Shown here piece by piece: positions 11,731 through 23,914 of a stretch of 64,000 bases of DNA. The notes under the pieces were generated by a model, which worked only from the letters and a program-made list of their open reading frames with translations, searched no databases and was not told the origin of the DNA. Position numbers and translations under genes: made by a program. How positions within the stretch are numbered: position 1 is the first letter of the stretch; each line of letters opens with the position of its first letter. The DNA comes from Podospora anserina (Eukaryota). Where the stretch lies: contig CM030336.1 in the NCBI GenBank assembly GCA_017654855.1, forward strand, positions 4,650,001-4,714,000, written 5' to 3'.

Positions 11731-13949
11731 AGGGAAGTACCATGTTGGATGAGGACAGAAAAATTCCCAATATGTGGTTGGTGATTATGGTTACAACATG
11801 AAGCCACTAGGGTTCAGGGGGCAAGGGAATGAAATATCCTTGGCCCGCCAAACTGGAAAGAAGGCAACCCAGAACATCTGACATTTTTCTCTCGCACAAA
11901 GACGCATCTAACAATAAAGTGGAACAATCACGAGCATGTCGCAAAAGACTTTCAATCACTGCCCATGTGTGTCTCTCCGGTGAGTGGACAACAGCAATGA
12001 AATGATACTATGCCAGAAACCATTAGCCTATTTTTTTCGAATGCTGTTACCTAGCCCACCGTGCTTAGGTAAGGTATGTTGGGTAGCTATTTTCGTCTTC
12101 CTTTGACTCGCTAACAATGCTATTGAAGGGGCTTTTACGAACAAGGCAGATGGTTAGTTCCATTCCGCACAATCTGGTAGGGATCAGACTAGAAGCGGAC
12201 TTACCTCGACTCAATCTCACAAGGCCTACTCCTGCTGTAAGTGCAAGCGAAAGTGCATTGTGGCACGTGTGTAAAAGACAGAATGTACTAAATATTTTGA
12301 CGAGGTTTATTATTTACACATGTTGGAAATTTTTTTTTAAAAAAAAGAGTATCAAAATGTAGATTTTTGAGCCCGGATATCAAAAAGCAATGGTGAATTA
12401 GTAACAAGTATGTTGCCGGCTGAAAACACTCACTTTAAAGTAAGTTGGTTAACACTCTATTGTTGGACTATGTGTTTCACCAACTTCACAATGCCACGGC
12501 TCTGAATGTTACTCCCTGCTGTGGGTGGATCAAACTTGAGCCCATACATCCTTCGACGGGCTTATCCGTGTTAACCGTCGCTTTTGTCTTGAGGCAGCTC
12601 TTGCCCGGTTTGATGTGGCGGTGAATAGTCGGCTTTGGGTCCTCAATGATGGCAGGTAGAAAGAGACTTTCATATTTCCCAAGACCTAACCAAAACTGGA
12701 CGGTCACATATTGATGATATATTGGCCGTCAATGCCACAGTGCTGCGCTTGTCGGTCCTCATCTTTGTATCGGTTTGTAAATGTTTGACCCGCTCGGCGC
12801 GATTGGTGCAGTCACAACCTTGGAACGAGGAATACAAGAGTTTTTATTGTTGGCCGTGAGAATTCTCGGTTGTGCTGGCCTTTCAAACTTTGATCCACAG
12901 TGGCTTCCTCCTGTGATATCGTGGCTCCAAAAATTGGCTGCGCCTCAGGTGGCACATCTTTGAGTTCAAGACGGCCCATTGTGGGCTCTAAAACGTCGGG
13001 GCTTTCTATAAGTATTCTGTTACCAATCAGATAAATAAAATTCCAACATCCCTTATTCTCAAGCAATCACAGATGCGGATTTCATGTATGTAACCAGATT
13101 GTGCATTGGGCATGTGCCCCCTTGATTGTGGAGAACATCAAACTTCCTCCAGCACGAACCCAACTATCACCACGTACTCATACTCGAACAAAGATTGATT
13201 ATTTTTTTCCCTTCCTGAACCGCCCACAAAAAGATACGGACACCCCTGAAATCCTGAGTCAAACAGGAATTTTCTAGTTAGTTCTCCACAAAATATATAC
13301 CTTCATTTCAAATTCTTGTGAGGGTTCGCAACCTTGTTCCAAAAGGCCAAAGTCTTGCAAGTCTCGAGGCAAACATCGCTTCCAAGCAGCAAGGAGAGGG
13401 GAACAGAGATCACCGCTTCACAAAACTTGCGCGAAATATCCACACATAATATTGATTATATACCGGAAGTCCTGCAGCGAAGCTACCCTCAATTCCTGTG
13501 ACAAGGGCTGTAAATCAGGGCTTGTGACAGTAGTCGAATTCAGCTAATAATCTTCAATGGCCTTAAAGTCCTTGATGAAAAAAATCTAGGAATACAAACA
13601 GGTCCAAATGACGCGTATTTACCTATCACTTAGTGGTCCGTGCCCTTGTGGCTTGAGGCTATTGCCGAGGCTTCCAATATATCACTTGACCAATATCCTT
13701 CCTTTAATAACCGCCTGGCACCTAATTACCTACCTCACTTCCAACCACTGGCTCTCGACGTATAAGTAGATAGCTGTTGGGCCGTAGTGTAGCCGGTTGG
13801 TCAGTTGACGTGTGACACAATCTCTCCTTTTCTTATACTCGACCACGAACTAGTAATGGCTTTAAGATTAAGCCGGAAGTCCTTGGGTTTGTCGGGGTGC
13901 TCGGTGTAGAAGGTTTGAATAGTAATGCCGTTTCACAAGGTAAGGTAAA

Positions 13950-14640
13950 GCATAGCAGAATTCTTATCTAATCTATTTAACAAATAAACACAACTCGGGT
14001 TCCGGCACCAATTACAGTTTAGCAATTTAAGTATTAAGTCTTTTAAAATATTTTTTAGCTCTTAAAAAGTCTACTTTTATTTCTATCTTTACCGGAACTT
14101 TATATTTCGTGTAATTAAATAATTAATTAACTACGCGATTTTTATATACGTGCGATTAAATATCCAATAGAAATTTATTAACTGTTACGACACTGGCCAG
14201 ACACTAACGGACAGGTGGATATCAAATATATGGGGCTCTGCGAGCATGTGGGACTCTAGTTAGTAGGCAAAGCTTTGCCTTATTACAAGGCCCTGTTTTA
14301 TCGGAACTATTGGAATTTCCTGTCTTTTCTTCTTTAGCTTATAATTTAATTACTTAGTATAGTATAACTATTACCTTATCTCAGAACTTATCTAATAAGC
14401 CGTAATAATTATAAGCTCTACCCGTTATACTTTAGAAAAATATAACGAACGCTTATTTGGAACCTCTAAAAGGGATCCTAATTAAAGGCACTTCTAAATA
14501 ATCCTAGTTTAGTATAGCTAAATAGTGTATAATAATAATTTATCTTGATTAAAATAGTTAAAATACTACAATTATAATTTATAAATTATATACTGCGGAA
14601 CTATTTATCTACACTACCTAGTTTCTCCGTATATATAGAC
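13950..14640. mobile_element. RIP-degraded transposon remnant (AT-rich block)
   Basis: Abrupt AT-rich, TpA-rich, CpA-poor sequence with no ORFs. Confidence 0.75.
14183..14407 (+). mobile_element. Putative 5' LTR (~225 bp) of a copia-like retrotransposon
   Basis: Starts TGTTACG and ends CGTAATA (CGTAACA after one C>T change). It is followed by ATTATAAGCTCT, compatible with a RIP-mutated copia PBS-like GTTATGAGCC. Confidence 0.5.
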
Positions 14641-14846
14641 CTTGATCCTCCAAGTACCGCCAGAGTGGCAATGTTTTTCAATATCAGGCCCGGAAAAGAT
14701 GGGATAAACAAGAGCAAATGTTAGGTGAGCCTGCAAGCCAGGGGAGCACGACCAGACGCGATTCGACACCAAAGCCAATGTCAGACGTCAGCGGCTGGAA
14801 GTTTAGTGTGTTCACACATGAGCCCATCTGCTGACCCCAAACCGTC

Positions 14847-14965
14847 ACATACGACCACACCCAGCTGAAAATACGGCATCCCGTCCGCTCTGCCCGAGTC
14901 AAGCAGCTGAGGGCCGAGTCAGTACTCAGGTGGGTGACCACTGGGGAATCTTCGGTGTTGTATGT
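14847..14965 (+). rRNA. 5S rRNA (isotype A)
   Basis: 119 nt ACATACGACCACACCCAGCTG...GGGAATCTTCGGTGTTGTATGT, followed by an oligo-T Pol III terminator. Confidence 0.97.
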
Positions 14966-16826
14966 TTTTTTTGTTGCTTTCTCTTTTTCTCTTGTTTTCT
15001 TTTGTCGCTTTTACCTTGAAAAGGTCCACATGCCTGAGACCAGGACTGCAAACCGATGGCTTATACAAGAAAAGCGAGGGGACTGGTAAGTGATGACGGG
15101 AGGGGGGGGAATTAACAGAGCAATTTGTACTGTCGACAAGAAGCTTGTGTTTCGGTAACTCGGGGGTCTAGAACAAGAAGTTCAACATCAACCTTATCGC
15201 TGATACCCCGCTGATGAACTTTGTTCACTTCTTCTTCTTCGCCTGATATTTGAAGCCAGGCTGTGCAGGGGAGAAGGGTTCACAAACCGGAAGCATTCAA
15301 GCTTGGTGATTACTTGGGGCATATCGGTATCGCGGCCATCCACGGCTTCTAGGTGAATTGGGATTTTGGCGGCCTCGAAGTATTCGAAAGGCTACTTACG
15401 GTACACCTACTTTTTCGTCCACAGCCCGAACAGCTTGTATGCCGTCCCCAAAACCAGCTTGCCTGATCACACATCACCTCTACAAGCCGCGTGGGTAGCA
15501 GAGATAAGCGTGGCTAAGAAGTTGATGGAGGAGATTGACTGGTGCAGGGTGGGGGGTTCAAAGGCGGATGGCAGGTCGAAGGATTTGGAGGAAGTTAACA
15601 ATCATGAGGAGGAAGGAGTAAGCTGTTGAATCTCGCCTTGCCCAGAACTTGATGCTAACTAGAGTCTCGGTACTGCTGCTGATAGCTTTGATACCGCGCT
15701 GGATGAGGAGGTCGAATGTCTGGAGAAGGAGCAATAAAAAAGGGGAGAGATAATCTACAAAAGCTCTCGAGGAGCTAAAGGTTCCCTCAGAGAGACTCGA
15801 GTCTTACCGCTCGCCAGGGTGAAAGAAGATAAGCAGTCGGTACGACTTGGTGCTGGGGAATGTGTTGGGAGGGGTGCGAGATTCTGACGCGGGGGTTTCG
15901 TTTACGACAAGTTATTTGGGCCGAGGAGTGGAAGGATATTATAACTTGGGGCGCTTATAGATAAGGTACCCTCTTTTTGAATTCGATGGGGGAAATCAAA
16001 TATACTATTATATTGCCTGTCACGGCTGAAAAAGATGATTTTGAATTTCTCCTTGAACCCTGTTTTCCACACTTGCCGCGACGACGAAATACTAGCGCGT
16101 CAGTTTTCTTCCTCTTTTTCAGTGTCTTTTTTCGCTGGGTACCATGCCACAGCCGATGCCATCTTGACCAGGCCTGACAGCTTGGGTGGGAGCTGGTGGC
16201 AGGTGTAATCCTGAGACGCCAGGCCCCTCATCATCCCAAAAGTACCTTAGAAGGGAACAGATTGCCGGGCGGAGCAAGCCCTGTTCCCTATTCGACCAAA
16301 GAAGACAACGTAAGTGAACTCGTCGGATCCTCCCGAGGCTCGGCTAGGGATTGTTCGCTAACTGCTAAACCCGACAGAGACAACTTGAAAGATTCAGGGC
16401 AGCAACATCACTGTCAGTCGGCTTAATCATAGAGGGAGTGTGGGATAGTATACTACCCGGAACCCGGAATTCTGTTTGGGCATTGCCATGCGGAAATGGG
16501 AGAAAGGAGTGAGAAAGGAGGGGTGTGCTAACAGATAGATGGCAGGTTTGATGTAGGAGGAATTTTTTGTCACTACTCATCAGTTTTCATCGTGTATGGG
16601 CTAGTGTTTGTTTTTCCCAAAGGCAAATCCGCTAACAGTCAAGGGACCAGCACCGTGGTGATTTTGTGAGGGTTGTTGAGGGGTGTGAGAGGTCCGTAAT
16701 GATAGCCGGCATTTCACAAGAATCTTGGAAGCCTGAAGAAACTCCGTTCTATAGATATACCGCTTACACACAAACGAAGATCAGCTTTTGTGAACTATGA
16801 GACCGAGAAAAGAAAACAGAAAAAAT

Positions 16827-16945
16827 ACATACAACACCGAGGATTCCCCAGTGGTCACCCACCTGAGTACTGATTCGGCCCTCAGCTGTTTGACTCGGGC
16901 AGAGCGGACGGGATGCCGTATTTTCAGCTGGGTGTGGTCGTATGT
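16827..16945 (-). rRNA. 5S rRNA (isotype A)
   Basis: The reverse complement differs from the 14847 copy at 3 positions. A T-run lies downstream. Confidence 0.97.
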
Positions 16946-17489
16946 GATTGTTCCACTCGGGAGATGGGGCTATATGGGGGCCAGTCTTCAGGAGACATCA
17001 GGCTAAGTACACCACCTCGTCTCAACATCCCGGTCATGAGTTCCCAGTCTCTGTACGACAGCGAAAGAAGCTCGGGCACCTCGTCGTCCATCGAGGTTGT
17101 GTCATTTATAGTAGTTAGGAAAGGCTGCAGTCATCGCGTGAATACTAAAGCCTAGCGTAAAACACACAACCATGGCAAGCGTGAAAAGAATGATTCCACG
17201 TCACACCGGTGTTTGCATGGTCATCGGAATGTGTCCCCTTTAGATACATCCATGCTACTCAGGTTTGACGAGCACCCAGATACTACTGTCACCAATGGAT
17301 TTTACCACTAAACTCGTCGTTCACAACGCGACGCCGTGTCTCGATGTCAAGCTTTAGGCAAGGATCACGGGTAAGAGCAAGGAGTTGTGTGTCAACACCA
17401 TCTCTTCATTCTTCAGGTAGAAATGAACGACATATTTCCAACATAAACTTACACCAAAAGCTCTTCCAAACCTTTCTCCTACGTCTTCT

Positions 17490-20400
17490 TCATGCAGCAA
17501 CAACCTGAGGCTGCTGCGTCTCCCAAGCTGTTCCCTCCACCGCGACCCCAGCGTCAGAAGTAGTCCCACTCGATGGCGCGCCTGCCGTGAATGTCTGAGC
17601 TGGTAGTGGCGTCTGGGGAAGGGAAGCTTGAGGCGGCACAGTGGCGTGATGAAGCGGTGGAGGCCACGCCATAAAGGGGAGGTTGTATGCGGGTCGTGCA
17701 TAGCTATAGTTAGGATTCAGCATCTGGGGCTGGTACACCGGGGTGGGTGCTTGCTGTGGCGGTTGCGATGGTGCGGCTGTCGTAGGATAGTAGGACGATG
17801 ACAGCGATGGGTTTGGCAGCGCTGCCCCGCGCCGTGGTGTCCGCCGTGGCGATTCATCTGTTTCCAGACACGTTAGCATACCTTCGGATTGGCAGAGTGG
17901 ATGGCCATTACCGTCGCGCTTGTCAAAGTGGTCCGGCCTATCCATCCTCCTACGGGCGCGCTCCGAGTCAAGTCCGCCACGAGCCCTGGCCATGTAGTTG
18001 TCAAAGTTGGTGACGTTATGGGCAACAAACTCAAAGTGGCGTTGCGTCACCACCGCCGTAATATTCTCGTCATCGTGGCTGTGGTCGTCGTAGTCATCGT
18101 CGCATCGTGCCAGCGCGGCAGCCATGATGAATGCGTTACGGATCTGACGTCCGTTCCACCGGCCGAGCTCATCCTTCTCATGCTTGTGCCAGTGCTGCTC
18201 CGCAAAGGCCAAAATTCCAGCCTTGTCGCATTGCAAGCGCCGGGCAGGCCGTTCGGGGTTGGCTTGGCGCTGTCTCTCAATGAGGTCCAGCCGGTCAATG
18301 TTGAGGCGGAAAATCTCCCGTGTCTGGCGTAGATCAAGGCTGTGATAAAGCAATGTGCTGTGCACCCGCGATTTGACAGCTTCGTCCAGCTGTCCTGGTC
18401 GGTTGGTAGTCAAGAACAGAATACCGCTGTAATATTCCATGACTCTGAGAAAGACCGACACGACAGCATTTCTCTCCAGATTGCTCTTCTCGCGCTCCTC
18501 CAGAAAGACATCGGCCTCGTCAAGCAGAAGAACGCAGTCCCAGACGTTTGCGAGATGGAATATCTCAGTCAGGTTGCTCTCCACTTGGGCGGGTGTTGAC
18601 CCAAGATCCCCGGAGGTGATGGAGAACAGCGGCTTACGATACACCTGGGCAACAGCCTCGACGGTGGCCGTTTTGCCCACACCCGGCGGCCCGTGGAGGA
18701 GAAAGACAAGGCTGCGACCCTTTCCTGGAATTGGATCTTGGCTGGCAATCTCTCCAGATTTCCTAGCTTTTTTGGTATTGAAGTGATCGCTCACCAAACA
18801 GCGGATGGTGCGCTTATTGGCGGCGTCTATCTGCAAGAATCGGAACGGGTCGGTGTCGAGTGTGCTGCGCTCAATACGGACATCCTTGACATGCAAAAAG
18901 ACGAATTTGCGCTCCCTGAGTGCATACCCGAAAAGGCGTTGGGGCAGTATGGCGAGGTCCTCGTCCAGCGGTTTAGGCAGGCCCGCAATGCCGTATGCGT
19001 GTTTCTGTCTGAAAGGTACGCCCTCGAGGAATTCAATATCATCTCCAAGAACCACAATATTAGGCCAACTGAATTGCAGCCGTGTACGCGATGGACTTGA
19101 CCACAGGAGAATACGATTGACATCGCTATCGGTCTCTATGTAGCTCTCCGAGTGTGCCGCATCAAGGCCGTAGATGTATTTCCAATGTGGACAGGCGTTG
19201 AAGGCCTCCTGGAAGTCAATAATGACGTCGCCATCAATAAAATCGGCGCTGGTGACGGGCCGACCCCTGAAGTAGTAGTATCGGCCAAGTGGACTTGTGA
19301 GGAGAGACCAAGCCTTATACGAGACGTGGCGCTGCTGGATGCATTCGGTGAATCGGAGACCTAGCTCGCGCTGTTCTTGCACGATAGCTTGGTTGTCAGG
19401 CTCAAACCGAAGTGGGTAAACCTCCAGCTTTCGAACTTCCTTCAAGCCGTCGTAGCCCTCAATAGTGAAACCGAACGAAACCGGCTTATAAGACACTCCA
19501 TCGTAATCTATGAAGTACAGCCACGCCGCGGCTTTCGCACCTGTTTCTGAGCTTCCATACATGGCGAGCTGCAGATCGCCTGCGTGCGGCACCAAGATTT
19601 CGAGCCGCCACACTCTTTGATGAACTGCGTTTTTCGGAATCTCTGCGTCTCCGCCGGACCACTGCTTGCGAAGCGTGCTCAAGGGAACATACACCAGGTC
19701 GCCCGCTTTGAAGAGATACCAGAGGTCGTCATACCGGACTCTTCTCGCTTGTGGGCTTTGGACGTCGTCAAACTGGTGTACTGGCGGAAGGAGGCGCTCT
19801 TCAACAAAGGAGACATAGCATTGAAGCTGCTCTCTTTCTTGCTTTTCCTCGTCGCTCTTGGGTGGGGTGGCCCTAATTTCTTTGAACTTGGCTTTGATCT
19901 TGGGGTGGAAGTGGATGAGATGGGCGAAAGGGCGCATGAAGGTGTAGGGTTCTTGGCCCCAAGCATAGCCACCAACTTCGGATAGGACTTTCAGGACTGC
20001 TTTGGACTGAATCCTAACGGCGTGTATCCACGTGCCATGAACCAGTCCACCGTTGAGGCGGCGACTCTTGTACTGATCCGACAGTTTGTCTTGGTAGCCC
20101 TCGACTTTGATCCGGTGACGGCGCATGACCTCCTTGGAGACCTCCTTGCCCAGCTCCGTTCCCGCCTCAAGAAATTCAATGGCATATCCTGATTCAGCAA
20201 GAGAGAAGCGATTGACGAACTGCTCAAAATTGCAACTGCGGGCCTGGGCAATGACTGGGACTTGCGGGGCGACTTTGAACTCCTCCTTCAACGTACCAGC
20301 GCTGGGAGACGAGGGCGCATCGGCATCTTCGTTTGATGACTCTGGCGTGGAGGAAGAACTCGATGCTTCAAATTGTGAAGGAGATGCTGGAGATTGGTTG

Positions 20401-20558
20401 CGCAGTTGACCGTGTCCCTTCCATGGGCCGAGAGAAGCTGGTTTGGACGAAACAGGTGGGCCATTGACGGGTTCTTTGATAGGGGGTTTGGCTGGGGGAC
20501 TTCCGCCTTGCAAACCATCTGTAGATGCTGTCCGTGATGAGGGTGCGTCGTTGTCCAT
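17490..20558 (-). CDS. Fungal AAA+ ATPase with long N-terminal extension (DUF7025-type architecture)
   Basis: Walker A GPPGVGKT, Walker B VLLLDEAD, sensor-1 TTNR, Arg finger SRV and lid WNGRQIRNAF. Probable in-frame 54-nt intron 17858-17911. Confidence 0.92.
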   Translation of the reverse strand: MDNDAPSSRTASTDGLQGGSPPAKPPIKEPVNGPPVSSKPASLGPWKGHGQLRNQSPASPSQFEASSSSSTPESSNEDADAPSSPSAGTLKEEFKVAPQVPVIAQARSCNFEQFVNRFSLAESGYAIEFLEAGTELGKEVSKEVMRRHRIKVEGYQDKLSDQYKSRRLNGGLVHGTWIHAVRIQSKAVLKVLSEVGGYAWGQEPYTFMRPFAHLIHFHPKIKAKFKEIRATPPKSDEEKQEREQLQCYVSFVEERLLPPVHQFDDVQSPQARRVRYDDLWYLFKAGDLVYVPLSTLRKQWSGGDAEIPKNAVHQRVWRLEILVPHAGDLQLAMYGSSETGAKAAAWLYFIDYDGVSYKPVSFGFTIEGYDGLKEVRKLEVYPLRFEPDNQAIVQEQRELGLRFTECIQQRHVSYKAWSLLTSPLGRYYYFRGRPVTSADFIDGDVIIDFQEAFNACPHWKYIYGLDAAHSESYIETDSDVNRILLWSSPSRTRLQFSWPNIVVLGDDIEFLEGVPFRQKHAYGIAGLPKPLDEDLAILPQRLFGYALRERKFVFLHVKDVRIERSTLDTDPFRFLQIDAANKRTIRCLVSDHFNTKKARKSGEIASQDPIPGKGRSLVFLLHGPPGVGKTATVEAVAQVYRKPLFSITSGDLGSTPAQVESNLTEIFHLANVWDCVLLLDEADVFLEEREKSNLERNAVVSVFLRVMEYYSGILFLTTNRPGQLDEAVKSRVHSTLLYHSLDLRQTREIFRLNIDRLDLIERQRQANPERPARRLQCDKAGILAFAEQHWHKHEKDELGRWNGRQIRNAFIMAAALARCDDDYDDHSHDDENITAVVTQRHFEFVAHNVTNFDNYMARARGGLDSERARRRMDRPDHFDKRDGNGHPLCQSEGMLTCLETDESPRRTPRRGAALPNPSLSSSYYPTTAAPSQPPQQAPTPVYQPQMLNPNYSYARPAYNLPFMAWPPPLHHATVPPQASLPQTPLPAQTFTAGAPSSGTTSDAGVAVEGTAWETQQPQVVAA

Positions 20559-20916
20559 GGTGCTGTTGGGCTATGGGGGGAAAGAAATTGTCTGAGGATT
20601 CGGTGGATGGGTGCGTGTCGGTGCCTTTTTAGGTTCCGCAGAGCTGTCCCAGCAACCTCGTCGCGGCCCTAACGTCCAAAGCTCGCACAAAGCCCCTGCA
20701 TGTTGTTATTTCATCTCGAATCGAATTGTGTACCACCTTCTTTGGACTTGAAACGGCGAAATGGTTGTGTTGTTGGTTCAGGTTGGCGCTTTCATGTCAG
20801 CGGTTCCAGAGCCTTGTATTGATGGGAAGCTCATTGGCCGGAGGGCACCGGGCACGCGGGCGCTTAAATCCCGTGCCTTCCCCAATTTCTCTGGTCTCTG
20901 CTTCCACCATGACAAC

Positions 20917-22864
20917 ATGGCAACTTCCCCATTTGTTACGATGACCACCACTGCCACCACAGTCCTTCACCAGATCACCGCTTCACCGCCTCAACCAGGA
21001 CCAATGGTCATCCCGGACACGTCGCTCGTGTTGTAAGCAGACAAGTTCACACTGATCACCGACTGTCTGTCCACTAGCTAACACAAACACGTTTTTCAGG
21101 AATCTAGGCAACCTGCTGGCCAGCGTTGAAGATTTGGACGAGGCCCTCCGCCAGCGTCCCAGAACCAGTTGCTGGCAAGATGTCGTGGATGCCATTGAGA
21201 AAGCCAAGAATGTGGACAAGGAAAAGGCGAGCAACTCCCGCGTTCGAGGCTACCTGAGAAAGTCCAAGGTCGAGATCAGTATGCTCGAGTCGCTCACCAG
21301 CGTAATTCCGGACCAGAATGGTTTAAGCATCCTTCGCTGCGGTCTGGCAACCATCTTCAGCATGGTGACGGTGCGTCTGCAACTCCGAGAGACCATTCTC
21401 GACGCGTTGGAGGATATTCCCGACACTTTTTTCCAAGCCCTCAACGCATTGAGTCGTTTTCCAGATGCCCCAGACATCCTGCTCGCCGTGAGGGAGCTGT
21501 ACTCCAGCTTGCTTTTCCAGGTCGATACGCTCATACGTGTCTTACTCCGCAGCCATCCCCAGAAAAATAGGATGAAGCGTCTCTGGAGTCAGCTCCCAGC
21601 AAAGGAGACCGAGGTCGTCCACCTCGCTCTGCAGGAGGTCGCACGAGCCGCTGCGCGTGTATCACAATGCTCGCAGGCAGCGCTGGAGCGAACTGTGGCC
21701 AACATCGACCGCAAAATGGACCGTTTTGGGGACACTATCATGTCAGCCATAGGTCAAGTCCGCATACAAGAGCGGGAGATACAATCAGACCTCGAGAGCG
21801 TCGTACGAACCGCCATCCAGGATACCCTCGATAAATGGAGGCCTTCACTTTCGGAGAGCCAACCTCCTGTACTCTACATTCTCGAGGCATCTCCACAGAC
21901 TCCATCGGTTTCTTTCCCTTGGCACAATAGCTCAATAAGCCCTGTGTCGACATCTCCGGGGCCTATATTGTCGTCATACTCTACCCCACAAAAGCCGGTG
22001 CCATTGCCAACATCACCGTCACCCTCGCCCACAGCGTCACCGAACAGGGCACTGCCATCAATGTTTCCATTAACCCCAACTAAGACAGTACCACCAGCAA
22101 GTTCCAGCGATCTAATGCTAGCGAGATTTGGGGTGTCAGGAGGCCTATCAGAGGATGTGCTTGACGACGTCACCCAGCAAAGCAGCCGGCTTCGACCTGA
22201 CGCCATCAGCCGTGGCATGTATCTCCTGTCTACCGATCGCTTTCTCAGATGGACTCAAGCACCGCGTTGGTTCTCGGACATGATTCTTGTTGATGGACAC
22301 TGCACTGATGCTGTAGTCGACAAAGTCTCACCCATGACGACTGTTTGTGCTCACGTTGTCACGGCGCTACGTGAGAACCCATCGGCTATCGTTCTGTATC
22401 ACTTTTGCGGCCAACATACCTCCTTCCTAGACCCTTTACGCGGAACTTGTGGCTTAGTCCGGAACCTGGTTCATCAATTGTGTCAGCACGCATTACATCT
22501 AAACCTCAGCGGCCACATGGCCGACACGATAGATGAGTATAATCTCCCAGCGCTTTGCGATCTCTTTAGCGAAGTCATAAAGCAGCTTGATCCGTCTCAA
22601 CCAGTCTTCTGCATCGTTGACGGAGTCTCAGAGTTGGAGACAGTGCTGGATGGTTGGTGGGATGATCTTTGTGACTTTGTAGAGTGTCTGTTGGAGCATG
22701 TCAACACTGCCCCCGAACATCGAAAGGGTCCAGCACTGAGAGTAATGCTTACCTCCATGGAAAGAGCCATACGGCTGGCAGATGACGGAGTGGTGCCCAA
22801 AGATCGGACGGTATCCCTTATCGCGAGGCGGAGTGACTACGCAGGTTTTGGCACAGATCTGTGA
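20917..22864 (+). CDS. Degenerate STAND/NACHT-like protein: N-terminal helical domain, Ser/Pro linker, NACHT-like P-loop lacking Walker A
   Basis: Exon 20917-21032, intron 21033-21099 (GTAAGC..GCTAAC..CAG), exon 21100-22864. Motifs FLRW..MILVDGH, LYHFCGQH, GLVRNLVHQL, FCIVDGVSE and LRVMLTS follow the order seen in fungal NACHT domains. Confidence 0.7.
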
Positions 22865-23315
22865 GTCCGATCCAAGCCAGAATGTTCACGGTTATCTCCT
22901 AATCGTACGTCTCCTCAGACTTTTGTGAGATACAATCAGTATTTCCAACGTACCTACCTAATCTTTGTGGCCGAAGTTCGTGCTGAACGTCGAAAAAGCC
23001 TGGAACCATCGATGGATTTACGTCAGTTTGAACAAAGACATTTCGCCTTGGCCATAGAGCATCGCCATCAACATGTTACTCTGTCGATATCTGTTCGCTT
23101 CTGAGTTTGTCCCCCTCGTGGTAGAACATGGCAGATTCGAGTCGTGGTAACATGAGCCAACGAACAGGATCGTGAGAGCTTCGGACAGTTTTGATACATC
23201 CTCGCTGAGGCTATATAATGGGTATATCTACTTTCACAGTTCATCTCAGCTCAGATGGAACATCTAGACAACTTTCATCGTTCAGGTTTCACGACTTCGA
23301 CTTCGAAACACCATC

Positions 23316-23543
23316 ATGAGCGCTGAATTCTGGACACGGCTTTATGCCAAGGACATCATGAACAGTTGCCTGGGCTTTGAAGGCAATGGCGCGGTATCAG
23401 TGGAGCACTTCATGTACGGATTTAAAAAGGGCGATGACATTTCACACTGGAAGAACGACAACGGAGGAATCATCGAAGCCGAGCAAATTGTGGAAGACCT
23501 GTCAGTGTTGAACACCCAGACAATCAATTCAAGGGAAATGTGA
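23316..23543 (+). CDS. Small ORF or gene remnant
   Basis: 75 aa, good ATG context (CCATCATG), TATATAA about 100 bp upstream. Confidence 0.3.
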   Translation: MSAEFWTRLYAKDIMNSCLGFEGNGAVSVEHFMYGFKKGDDISHWKNDNGGIIEAEQIVEDLSVLNTQTINSREM

Positions 23544-23914
23544 TGCCGATTATGGCAGAAATATCTGCTGAAAACTGAGGAAAATTGCCCTGTGGTTTTC
23601 TACATCCACTCCCCTCAGCCATTCGACCTGCCCGCTTACATAGGTACCTAGCCGCTAAGCGCCAACAGAAAATAAACATGAGAAGTTGAAAATAGAACCG
23701 GGCGGCAATCATCACGGCACACACTCTATTTCCAGCTCTGGCAAGACAAGATACCATATCTATCTACCATTAACACTTAACTGCACATTCACTCCGAGTT
23801 TCTCATGATCGTTGTTCATCATGGCTGGGCAGTGATTTTGGATGACCTAATAAACTCCAAGACTTCCAATCATACGATACCCGAACGGCTTGGTATAGCG
23901 TACACTCCAGGAAA

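Noticed and set aside
12781..12963. MFDPLGAIGAV as the N-terminus of a HeLo-like or NLR gene
   Set aside because: Only 60 codons, with no continuing domain or convincing splice path.
14684..14941. Short ORFs sharing VVTHLSTD (also 16797-17006 and 40136-40417) as a protein family
   Set aside because: They are antisense translations of the 5S rRNA genes.
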